A stretch of DNA of 64,000 nt from an uncultured virus (IMG/VR IMGVR_UViG_3300043411_002804). Lineage: Duplodnaviria; Heunggongvirae; Uroviricota; Caudoviricetes. A program made the position numbers and the translations under genes. This document shows positions 10,490-18,714 of this stretch, one piece after another. The stretch lies in IMG/VR virus record IMGVR_UViG_3300043411_002804. The stretch is one strand, 5' to 3'. The notes below the pieces were generated by a model. It had not been told where the DNA came from. It saw only the letters and a list, made by a program, of their open reading frames with translations, and did not search any database. How positions within the stretch are numbered: the stretch's first letter is position 1; each line of letters starts with the position of its first letter.

Positions 10490-10797
10490 CTTAAATTCCA
10501 AATGGCATTTAATTTATCTTCTTCACTCAATCGCTCAAACCATTCCTCTTGAGAATATTCAACACCATTAAGATACCAATACTTATCTCCATCACTATAT
10601 TCAATTGCAGGCCCATCAACCCGGTGGCGCTTGTTATTAAGAAACCAATATTTAGATCCATTAAGAGATTCAATTGCGGGGCCATCTAACCGATGTCTTT
10701 TATCATTAACAAGCCAGTATAAATGGCTATTATATTCCAATATACCTGTATAATTTATAGGTTTTTCTGCCCAATAATCAATCTTTAAGAAATTCAT
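10486..10797 (-). CDS. HRxDGPA-repeat family protein (array B)
   Basis: Family signature; GGAG upstream of ATG 10797. Confidence 0.85.
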   Translation of the reverse strand: MNFLKIDYWAEKPINYTGILEYNSHLYWLVNDKRHRLDGPAIESLNGSKYWFLNNKRHRVDGPAIEYSDGDKYWYLNGVEYSQEEWFERLSEEDKLNAIWNLR

Positions 10798-11002
10798 CTT
10801 AAACTCCAATTTAATTACATAATCTTTACGGATTATTTTCTAAAAAATTAACCGTTACGGAATTAAGATTTTGGTAATCCTACCTATCCAAAGTAGGGTA
10901 CTTATTAACATTAAGACATCATTTTCATAAAATCAAAATGACCTGAGAGCTTTTTAATGTTGGAAAACAAATTAATTCAATAGATTCTAATTAAACTCGA
11001 AT

Positions 11003-11335
11003 CTATTTGAGTAAATCTGCATGATAGATAAAAAAAATTTGATGTTCATAACTTAGTGAATCAAAAATCTCATCTAACAAATAATATTTGGGTGGCAAGT
11101 TTGTATGAAAAGTAATACGTATACTTTTTTCTGCAATTATAGATATTGACAATATCAATAAATCATAATGCTTATTGTAAAAACTATATTTATAAAATGA
11201 ATTAAATGATAATAACGGATTACAAGGTTTACTTTCTTTAAATAATTCAGGGGCACAATTTATTTCTTTTATAAGAAACAAAACATCATCAATTTTATTT
11301 ATTGGAACATCAATTGTTCTGGCAAATAAATTCAT
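11003..11335 (-). CDS. hypothetical protein with C-terminal DEIFDSLS..IYHADLL helix
   Basis: ORF coupled by an ATGA overlap. Confidence 0.65.
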   Translation of the reverse strand: MNLFARTIDVPINKIDDVLFLIKEINCAPELFKESKPCNPLLSFNSFYKYSFYNKHYDLLILSISIIAEKSIRITFHTNLPPKYYLLDEIFDSLSYEHQIFFIYHADLLK

Positions 11336-11652
11336 ACATCCTCATTATCCCAATCAACAGATTCATCAGTTAAATCTATATCCAGGCCCTTTTCTTCATC
11401 TACAAATGTTTCAATATCTTCGGAAATTAAATCTAATATTTTATGACAACATAAACAAAACTTGATCTGAATATCATCTCCACTACACAGACCATTAATT
11501 TCTGGAGCATAATTTGACTCAGACCATCCTTCATCATTGAAATTCCATGAAAACAAATCATTACAATGACCTCGAATCTCAAAAGTTTTTCCGTGTTTAC
11601 ACTCTTTACGCATCCTTATTCTTCTCCACTTTAAGATATTATATAATATCAT
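11332..11652 (-). CDS. hypothetical Cys-containing protein
   Basis: ORF track; true start may be the second Met (MRKECKH). Confidence 0.65.
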   Translation of the reverse strand: MILYNILKWRRIRMRKECKHGKTFEIRGHCNDLFSWNFNDEGWSESNYAPEINGLCSGDDIQIKFCLCCHKILDLISEDIETFVDEEKGLDIDLTDESVDWDNEDV

Positions 11653-11742
11653 TACTTATAATGAGTTGATTAGCAGGTTTTCTACTATTCTTTATGATAG
11701 AACATAATAAAGCATTATGCTTTATTAAAGGAGAATAATAAA

Positions 11743-12105
11743 ATGGCAAGAGTAGCAAGTTTTGAGTTTTATGATGATCCTGTTGCACATACAGGTAATT
11801 CTACCTGTACTATTAATTGGACTGCCCAAACAGTAACCTTCTTAGCATCAACCGTAAGTTTTGCTTACGTTGAGCAACTAGCTGATGTTATTGATTTGTT
11901 AGCAGGACAAGATGTTACCGACTTTGAAGTTGATGTAACTAGAACCATTTATAAACCCGATGGTACTGTAGCGGTAATAGTTACTGCTATACCTAACGTA
12001 ATTGATGGTAGTATTACATCAATTGTAGTTGGAGCCACTTATTCTAAGGCTAAGGCTAAAGATTTAGCGCAAGGTCTTCGTGACTTTGTTGTAATCGCCC
12101 TATAA
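11743..12105 (+). CDS. hypothetical protein, possibly structural
   Basis: Strong AAGGAG RBS; followed by a terminator. Confidence 0.75.
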   Translation: MARVASFEFYDDPVAHTGNSTCTINWTAQTVTFLASTVSFAYVEQLADVIDLLAGQDVTDFEVDVTRTIYKPDGTVAVIVTAIPNVIDGSITSIVVGATYSKAKAKDLAQGLRDFVVIAL

Positions 12106-12136
12106 AAACTTAGTTTGCAAAATTAAAAAAACTACA

Positions 12137-12176
12137 ATGCCTTGAGGTCATAACCCTTCAAGGCATATTTTTTTTT
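12137..12176. terminator. bidirectional intrinsic terminator
   Basis: ATGCCTTGA/TCAAGGCAT stem with T-runs on both strands, between the 11743 gene and the CRISPR array. Confidence 0.7.
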
Positions 12177-12177
12177 G

Positions 12178-12407
12178 CTTACAACACACTACCTTTTGTG
12201 TATAGCATTGTCACCCGGCGACCGCCTACAACACACTATCTTTTTTGTATAGCATTGTTACGGTGAGCAAGCCACGCTGCGAGGCGCCATAGAGAGCCTA
12301 CAACACACTATCTTTTATGCATAGCATTGTTACGCTTCTCGGGCCGCATCATAGAGATCATGGCTACTGACCTACAACACACTATCTTTTTTGTATAGCA
12401 TTGTCAC
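12178..12407 (-). CRISPR. type V mini CRISPR array: 4 repeats of 37 bp, spacers of 37, 35 and 10 bp
   Basis: Repeats at 12178-12214, 12225-12261, 12297-12333 and 12371-12407; minus-strand consensus GTGACAATGCTATACAAAAAAGATAGTGTGTTGTAGG, others differing from the 12371 copy at 1-3 positions; unique spacers; adjacent to cas12f. Confidence 0.88.
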
Positions 12408-12786
12408 TGTATGCTTAATTATGGGCGTGATAACTTAATTATTTTGCCCATTTGCGATTGGTTGTAATAAATCACATTTTATTTTAAACACAAAAGATAT
12501 ATGCGTCATCCTATTTCAAGGATATGGTGGTTTAATTCAGCGCTTTCGCCTCTTGCGAGCGGTTACTGCAATTTGTTACATCACCGAACCACTCGCAACC
12601 CACCTTAGGGAGAGTTTAATATGCAGTTTCCTATAGCGCTCGACACTAATCTCTTAATGAGATAGCCTTCAAGTTTCGCAAAACTTTTAATTAAACTTTT
12701 ATTTTCATTCCGCTTATAAAGCGCTCCCTTTATAGCCGTGTAATCGGCTTATCTCAAGCTTTTAAAAATCTTGAGCTTATCGCTTT
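12408..12786 (-). ncRNA. putative tracrRNA / guide scaffold and leader
   Basis: ORF-free, relatively GC-rich region with at least 7 hairpins and two short anti-repeat-like segments (12461-12467, 12488-12499). Confidence 0.55.
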
Positions 12787-14286
12787 TTATGCATCAACTG
12801 CTCGATGCGCGATATTAATTGCAGCATTAAAATCCCTGTTGAGAGATTTGCCACAAGAATTACATTTATATTCTCTATCTGATAACTTTAAATCTAGTTT
12901 TAGATATCCACAACAAGAACATGTTTTTGATGTGTTCTTAGCATCAACTGCAACTACTTTGATTCCTTTGCTTTGGGCAGCATCCTCTATTTTTTTTAAT
13001 AAACCAAGCCTAAACTTTTTGGCATAAAATTTTCGTTTAAACCTTCTTTGTTTAGCAGGCAATCCTTCACTCTCCTCAATTGATTTTCTGTGAGCCCATC
13101 CTGTAAGATTTTCTATACCTATTAGGTTACAATTATTTTGAGATGCTAAATTTATGATCGCTGCAGCTATTTGCTTTTCAGCAGTATCCATTGAACGTAA
13201 TCTTTTACCACTAAGTTTTGAAATATTTCTAATTTTTCTTTCGACACCTCGTCCTACTCTTTGCTCATAAAGTTCTTTGTTAAAATTTGAACGTTTAGAA
13301 ATTTCTTTAGAAATTTTTTCTACACTGTTTAAAGTAGCCTCTGGTAACTTAAAATCATAAATTTTATCATCGACCTTTTTATCATAAGAAATAACTGCAC
13401 AAACACAAGCAGTTTTTATCCCTAAATCAATTCCGAGAACTTTTTGGTTTTTCAGAATATTTTCTGATGGCGAAAATGAATAAGCTATTTCTAGAAACCA
13501 TTTTCTTTTTTTCAATATTAATCTAGAGGCACCAATTTTATATTCACCGGAAAATAAGTTTAATAAGATGTTTTTTAAATAAGCATCATTTTTATGATGA
13601 CAACCAATTTTTGTTTCAACGATTTTATTTTTATTTTTTTCATTAAAAATTTTCATCAAAAACACACCCTCTTGAGAGGTGTGTTTTTTAATTCCATCAG
13701 CTCTAATGATAATTGGAAAAGTTTTAAAATTAGCAAGCGTTTTTTCACCAATATTTACCTTATCTTTATCTAAAGAAAACTTTTTGGCAATTAAACTTGA
13801 TGCTGCTGCTAAATTGGATGTGTTTAAATTTCCTGCGTAAATTTTTTGATTTCCAGCTAATTTGTTGTACTTAAGTTCATCATCTATTTCAAATAGATTG
13901 TTGTTTGTTATTAATCTATAAGCATTAGTTTCATAAGAAACTTTTGTATTTACAAAAGTTTTGTTTCCATTTTCATCAACAAAATCTATGAAAATTGTCT
14001 TTTGCTTTTTAGGATTTAAAAGATCCGATTGTTTAAGCAACTTGCCTTTAAAATCTCTTGCCGGAACTTGCTTTGTAGTTTGAAGTGGAAAACCAGGTTT
14101 TTCAGGATCTTCCTTTGAAGGCATTGGAAATACACCTAAACTCATAGAATAAAAAATTGATATAATTTTATTAGCCGCCAATCGAAGCGCACGTTCCTCA
14201 TTATATAAACGAGAATATAATTCGTCTTTTTGAGCTTTGGTTTTACCAGGAAAAAATATAGGAAATGATGCAGTTCTTGTAACCAT
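12787..14286 (-). CDS. cas12f: Cas12f1-like (type V-F, TnpB-derived) RNA-guided nuclease
   Basis: RuvC-I GIDLG (D287), RuvC-II IENL (E392), zinc finger CSCC..CNSC, RuvC-III RDFNAA (D485); LFSGEYKIGAS..KWFLEIAYSF and LNTSNL blocks recall AsCas12f1; adjacent CRISPR array. Confidence 0.85.
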   Translation of the reverse strand: MVTRTASFPIFFPGKTKAQKDELYSRLYNEERALRLAANKIISIFYSMSLGVFPMPSKEDPEKPGFPLQTTKQVPARDFKGKLLKQSDLLNPKKQKTIFIDFVDENGNKTFVNTKVSYETNAYRLITNNNLFEIDDELKYNKLAGNQKIYAGNLNTSNLAAASSLIAKKFSLDKDKVNIGEKTLANFKTFPIIIRADGIKKHTSQEGVFLMKIFNEKNKNKIVETKIGCHHKNDAYLKNILLNLFSGEYKIGASRLILKKRKWFLEIAYSFSPSENILKNQKVLGIDLGIKTACVCAVISYDKKVDDKIYDFKLPEATLNSVEKISKEISKRSNFNKELYEQRVGRGVERKIRNISKLSGKRLRSMDTAEKQIAAAIINLASQNNCNLIGIENLTGWAHRKSIEESEGLPAKQRRFKRKFYAKKFRLGLLKKIEDAAQSKGIKVVAVDAKNTSKTCSCCGYLKLDLKLSDREYKCNSCGKSLNRDFNAAINIAHRAVDA

Positions 14287-14287
14287 T

Positions 14288-14686
14288 TTAATATCCTGTT
14301 ATTAAATCTAAATTCCAGATGGCATTTAATTTATCTTCTTCACTCAATTGTTCAAACCATTCCTCTTGAGGATATTCAACACCATTAAGATACCATTTCT
14401 TATTTCCATTAGAAAATTCAACAGCAGGTCCATCAACCCGGTGGCGCTTGTTATTAAGATACCAATGTTTAGATCCATTAAGAGATTCAATTGCGGGGCC
14501 ATCTAATCGATGTAACATACCGTTAACCCACCATTCCTTACCCCCATTACTCCACTCAATAGCAGGCCCATCTTCCCTATGCCATAAACCATTAAGATAC
14601 CAGTATTTATCTCCATTTGGAAATTCAGTATTACCTGTATAATTTTCTGGTATATCATTCCCATTATTTATTTTCAAAACATTCAT
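14288..14686 (-). CDS. HRxDGPA-repeat family protein (array C; extended C-terminus AIWNLDLITGY)
   Basis: Family signature; stop is 1 nt upstream of the cas12f ATG. Confidence 0.85.
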   Translation of the reverse strand: MNVLKINNGNDIPENYTGNTEFPNGDKYWYLNGLWHREDGPAIEWSNGGKEWWVNGMLHRLDGPAIESLNGSKHWYLNNKRHRVDGPAVEFSNGNKKWYLNGVEYPQEEWFEQLSEEDKLNAIWNLDLITGY

Positions 14687-14928
14687 CTTAGATTCCAGAT
14701 CGCTTCTAATTTATCCTCGTCACTCAGCATCTCAAACCATTCTTCTTGAGAATATTTTATTCCATTAAGATACCAAGCTTTATAACCATTTGGATAATCA
14801 ATAGCAGGACCATCCTCTCGATGGACTTTACCTTTATAATACCAAATTAGATCTCCATTAGATTGTTCAACAATACCGGTATAGTTTACAGGAAACTCTG
14901 AAGAGGGTATGATTTTTAAAGTATTCAT
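14683..14928 (-). CDS. HRxDGPA-repeat family protein (array C)
   Basis: Family signature; ATGA overlap. Confidence 0.85.
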   Translation of the reverse strand: MNTLKIIPSSEFPVNYTGIVEQSNGDLIWYYKGKVHREDGPAIDYPNGYKAWYLNGIKYSQEEWFEMLSDEDKLEAIWNLR

Positions 14929-15308
14929 ATTAGGTTCCAGATAGCCTTTTCTTTATCCTCGTCATTCAATAATTCAAACCATTCCTCTTGAGAATAACAG
15001 ACATCATTAAGCCACCATTCTTTGTCTCCATCATTCCACTCAATGGCTGGCCCATCTACTCGATGCATTAGGTCATTAAAAAACCATTTCTTAGTTCCAT
15101 TAGAATATTCTATAGTAGGCCCATCTTCTCGATGGCGTTTACCATTAAGAAACCAACGTTTATCTCCATTTATACATTCAATTGCAGGGCCATCAACCCG
15201 ATGGCATAGACCATTAAGAAACCAAACTTTATTTCCATTATAGTATTCTACAATACCTGTATAATTTTCTGGTATATCTTTCCAATTATTTATTTTTAAG
15301 ACATTCAT
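14925..15308 (-). CDS. HRxDGPA-repeat family protein (array C)
   Basis: Family signature; ATGA overlap. Confidence 0.85.
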   Translation of the reverse strand: MNVLKINNWKDIPENYTGIVEYYNGNKVWFLNGLCHRVDGPAIECINGDKRWFLNGKRHREDGPTIEYSNGTKKWFFNDLMHRVDGPAIEWNDGDKEWWLNDVCYSQEEWFELLNDEDKEKAIWNLI

Positions 15309-15550
15309 CTTAAATTCCAAATTGCCTTTAATTTATCTTCTTCACTCAATCGCTCAAACCATTCCTCTTGAGAATATTCAACACCATTAAGATACCAAAA
15401 TTTATCTCCATTAGAATGTTCAATGGCAGGACCATCAACCCGATGATATAGGCCATTAAGATACCATATTTTATTTCCATTATGGTATTCAGCGATACCT
15501 GTATATTTTTTTGGTATATCACGCCAATCATTTACTTTTAAAACATTCAT
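15305..15550 (-). CDS. HRxDGPA-repeat family protein (array C)
   Basis: Family signature; ATGA overlap. Confidence 0.85.
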   Translation of the reverse strand: MNVLKVNDWRDIPKKYTGIAEYHNGNKIWYLNGLYHRVDGPAIEHSNGDKFWYLNGVEYSQEEWFERLSEEDKLKAIWNLR

Positions 15551-15792
15551 CTTAAATTCCAGATGACATTTAATTTATCTTCCTCATTTAATTGATCAAA
15601 CCATCCCTCTTGGGAATATTCATTCCCATTAATAAACCAAAATTTGGTTCCATCATAGTATTCAATAGCGGGACCATCTAATCGATGAAATTTGCCTTTA
15701 AGATACCAAGCTTTATTCCCATTAGAATATTCCACAATGCCTGTATAGTTTTCTGGTATTTCTGACGTATATTTTATTTTTATAATATTCAT
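15547..15792 (-). CDS. HRxDGPA-repeat family protein (array C)
   Basis: Family signature; start MNIIKIKY at 15792. Confidence 0.85.
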   Translation of the reverse strand: MNIIKIKYTSEIPENYTGIVEYSNGNKAWYLKGKFHRLDGPAIEYYDGTKFWFINGNEYSQEGWFDQLNEEDKLNVIWNLR

Positions 15793-15873
15793 CTTAGATG
15801 ACACCCTAATTATAAAAATTTCGGAAAATGATTTCAACTAAATATGTAGAATTATTTCTTAGAAAGTAAATAA

Positions 15874-16308
15874 TTAAAAAAAATAACCTTCGTACTGGCA
15901 TGCCGTCGCTTGCTCTACAATAGGTAGTCTTTCCAATTTAACATTGTAGCACGCATCCTGATTCGTAATTGAGAAAAATAAATATTTTGGAGCTATGGGT
16001 GAAATTCCTTCATCAACAATTTTTTGCTTTAACACTTCCGAAAGTTCTATCTTAAGTTCATTGGAACTTAATTCCCATAGACCACCATATTCATTATCAT
16101 TAAGATAAAGATATGGAGTATATTCACTATACCAGATCGTACCTGATTCAATTTCATTCGATTCTAAAAATATATTGAAATCGATATTATCACCATCAAG
16201 ATCCCACCATTGATCTGTCAAATTATTTTGTGAGAAACTATCCGTAGATTCACAGCCTAATGTGTATAGAAATATCCAATATTTAAATCGCATGTACGTA
16301 AGTTTCAT
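15874..16308 (-). CDS. hypothetical, possible lipoprotein
   Basis: Hydrophobic N-terminus ending in TLGC (lipobox-like). Confidence 0.6.
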   Translation of the reverse strand: MKLTYMRFKYWIFLYTLGCESTDSFSQNNLTDQWWDLDGDNIDFNIFLESNEIESGTIWYSEYTPYLYLNDNEYGGLWELSSNELKIELSEVLKQKIVDEGISPIAPKYLFFSITNQDACYNVKLERLPIVEQATACQYEGYFF

Positions 16309-16534
16309 TTAACATGGATATTTTTTGTTCCTGTAGATATTCTCTAATATCGTCTGCTTGTTCATATGAAAAGAAATACTTTTCATTATTAGTCATAATA
16401 CATACGCTGTTAGCGCTTGCTGATCCATTTTGAGCATTCAAATCTATTTTATTTATAAGATCAACCGGAATGGAATATTCATCCTCGATAACTAAAAATT
16501 CTCTTTTACCAACATTAGATATGTAAATCTTCAT
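16283..16534 (-). CDS. hypothetical protein
   Basis: ORF with GAGG RBS. Confidence 0.65.
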   Translation of the reverse strand: MKIYISNVGKREFLVIEDEYSIPVDLINKIDLNAQNGSASANSVCIMTNNEKYFFSYEQADDIREYLQEQKISMLNETYVHAI

Positions 16535-16599
16535 CGCGGCCTCAAATCTATCTAATGGTAAATAAAAAATAGATTTAAAAACAAAATTTTAAATTAATT

Positions 16600-17079
16600 T
16601 CAATAGTTTGAGCTCTCATTTAAATTAGTTCTTTTTTCCACGACATTAAAATGTAATGAATACCAATTTTTTTTATTTTTGTTTGATACACCAACAGAAT
16701 TAAAAAAGTTTCGGCTTGATGTATTCCAAGGAAAAACAACAAGCCTTCTATGTCTTTGGCGAGCAAGATTTTTTGCGTGATTAAAAAGTTCTTTGGCATA
16801 ACCAAATCTACGAAAATTTGGATTTATGTAAATCATAAAGCAATAAACTTGTTTATTATCTTTAGAATAAGGAATCATCCATGACCAACCCACAATTTTT
16901 TGCTCAATAAATTTCATAAAGACGGATATATTTCTTCTAAGTCTGGAAATGGATGGTAAATTCGAATTGATTACTTCGTCCATAGCAGAATTTTTTTCAT
17001 AAACCAATTCTTTAACATCTGGATATGTTTTCAATGCATCAGATAAAGACATCATAACAACAGACATTTTTTTCCTCAT
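16600..17079 (-). CDS. GNAT-family acetyltransferase
   Basis: Acetyl-CoA binding motif YINPNFRRFGYAKEL; N..SRNFF. Confidence 0.7.
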   Translation of the reverse strand: MRKKMSVVMMSLSDALKTYPDVKELVYEKNSAMDEVINSNLPSISRLRRNISVFMKFIEQKIVGWSWMIPYSKDNKQVYCFMIYINPNFRRFGYAKELFNHAKNLARQRHRRLVVFPWNTSSRNFFNSVGVSNKNKKNWYSLHFNVVEKRTNLNESSNY

Positions 17080-17085
17080 AAAAAT

Positions 17086-17451
17086 TTAAAGTTCTTTAAG
17101 TAATTGTTCAATATCTTCTTTTGTTAAAGTTTCCATAACTAACTCTTTCATATATTCTTTGTCCAATTTACATGCCTCTTTGTCCCCACGCAAGACTTCA
17201 AGAACTTGCTCAGTGCAAGCCTCTCTAATTTTTGGATTTTTGATTCCCGCTTTAGACATTGAAAGTGCTAAAGCTGATGTTATAGCATTTCTATATTTCA
17301 GACTTTTTGATGTTAAAATATCAAACGCTAACTCAGATCCTTTGGTTGTTGCTTGGAATATGGCAGGCGTCCATTCTGGATGATCCATCATAGTTAAAAC
17401 AATTAATCTGCAAAATTCTTCTTGCTCCTGCAATTGAGCTTGTTTTTCCAT
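17086..17451 (-). CDS. hypothetical protein
   Basis: ORF with GAGG RBS directly after the promoter motif. Confidence 0.7.
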   Translation of the reverse strand: MEKQAQLQEQEEFCRLIVLTMMDHPEWTPAIFQATTKGSELAFDILTSKSLKYRNAITSALALSMSKAGIKNPKIREACTEQVLEVLRGDKEACKLDKEYMKELVMETLTKEDIEQLLKEL

Positions 17452-17468
17452 ACAAAACCTCTGTTTTA

Positions 17469-17496
17469 AACATATCCATATTTATTTTTTTAGCAA
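17469..17496 (-). promoter_or_regulatory. conserved phage promoter motif
   Basis: TTGCTA-N16-TATGTT. Confidence 0.6.
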
Positions 17497-17537
17497 ATAA
17501 ATTTGAGAATTCTTTATATAAAGTCATCTGTAATCAT

Positions 17538-17816
17538 TTATTTCTCACTTATAATCCTAAGTGTTTCTCGCCAATTTATATAGGCGTAATGTTCACAATT
17601 ATCAGCACCATGATCATAAATTGGAGGCGATTGCCAAACATAAATAGTACCATGATTCTCTACAGAGTCACCCACCTGAATTAAAACAACGATTCCTCTG
17701 TCACCAAAAAAATCCTCTACTTCAAACCCTCGTTTGATATAATCCAACGGTAAAAAATCTTGTGCTTTTTTAGTTTCCTCAATCCATTCTGCTCTTTCTG
17801 CTCTTGTTTTTTTCAT
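17538..17816 (-). CDS. hypothetical protein
   Basis: Packed minus-strand ORF. Confidence 0.65.
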   Translation of the reverse strand: MKKTRAERAEWIEETKKAQDFLPLDYIKRGFEVEDFFGDRGIVVLIQVGDSVENHGTIYVWQSPPIYDHGADNCEHYAYINWRETLRIISEK

Positions 17817-17820
17817 AGTT

Positions 17821-18198
17821 TTAAAACCCCAACTTAGATAAAATTTTATCTTCCCATTCTAAACATTCTTGATTATTAATCTTATCAATAGGTGCCATAT
17901 ATTCAATTTCGTTGAAAGCTTCAAAAATTTTTGAGGCTTGATATTTATCATTTTCGGTTATTATAACTGGTATCAACTTTCCTTTTAACATCTTCGAAAA
18001 CATATACCCTGTCCCAAAAGGTAAGTCGAATTTAACCAATATTCCGATAATATGATCTGGGCCATTAATATATTCCAAAAATTCTTGTGAACGACATGTT
18101 ACAATTAACATAACATTTGGATCTAAATCATATATTTTTTTTCTAAATTTTTTTAAAAGTGCTGGTTGATCATCCAGACAAATTATCACTTCCGCCAT
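17821..18198 (-). CDS. CheY-like receiver domain protein, apparently lacking the phosphoacceptor Asp
   Basis: IICLDD acidic pair, ILVKFDLP..TG, IPVII pattern. Confidence 0.55.
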   Translation of the reverse strand: MAEVIICLDDQPALLKKFRKKIYDLDPNVMLIVTCRSQEFLEYINGPDHIIGILVKFDLPFGTGYMFSKMLKGKLIPVIITENDKYQASKIFEAFNEIEYMAPIDKINNQECLEWEDKILSKLGF

Positions 18199-18202
18199 TT
18201 TA

Positions 18203-18712
18203 TTAACATTTCACTTTATCTTTCATTAAATTAACCATGTACTCAACTTCATGAATTTTAAATTCATAAACATGCAACTTGTTCTTATTTGAAGTTGCCA
18301 TGGAAACAATGAAGTCGCCATCATTATCAGCCACAAATCTTCCACGACCATTTGTGCCTGATATATATATACCTATTCCACCATCAGAATCCGCCACTAT
18401 TCTGTCTGGCTTTATATCATGATCAAATAATATTTTTAAGATTATTAAAGAATTATTCATAGCTATATCGTTTGGCTCTTTTTTGCCAGCCAACAAAGCA
18501 TTTGCCTTGACCTTATCCAATCTATTTTTAAATAGATTAGATAAAAAATTATTCTTAAATTTAATCTCAGCGCACATTTTGCAATTACATTCCTTTGGAA
18601 AAGAACAATCTTCAATACATCCTGGATTTAACCACTTATAAAGGTAAGTAAAAATAAAAATAAATATTATTAATATTATTAATATTAAAGACACATTCAT
18701 TACTGTATACAT
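18203..18712 (-). CDS. hypothetical membrane-anchored protein
   Basis: N-terminal TM segment followed by a Cys cluster. Confidence 0.65.
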   Translation of the reverse strand: MYTVMNVSLILIILIIFIFIFTYLYKWLNPGCIEDCSFPKECNCKMCAEIKFKNNFLSNLFKNRLDKVKANALLAGKKEPNDIAMNNSLIILKILFDHDIKPDRIVADSDGGIGIYISGTNGRGRFVADNDGDFIVSMATSNKNKLHVYEFKIHEVEYMVNLMKDKVKC

Positions 18713-18714
18713 AA

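Noticed and set aside
12787..14286. Plain IS200/IS605 or IS607 TnpB transposon
   Set aside because: No TnpA or serine recombinase adjacent, a multi-repeat array follows, and the sequence blocks resemble Cas12f1.
12787..14286. Nuclease-dead Cas12f/TldR regulator or CAST effector
   Set aside because: All three RuvC acidic residues are present; no sigma factor or TnsB/TnsC/TniQ gene is nearby.
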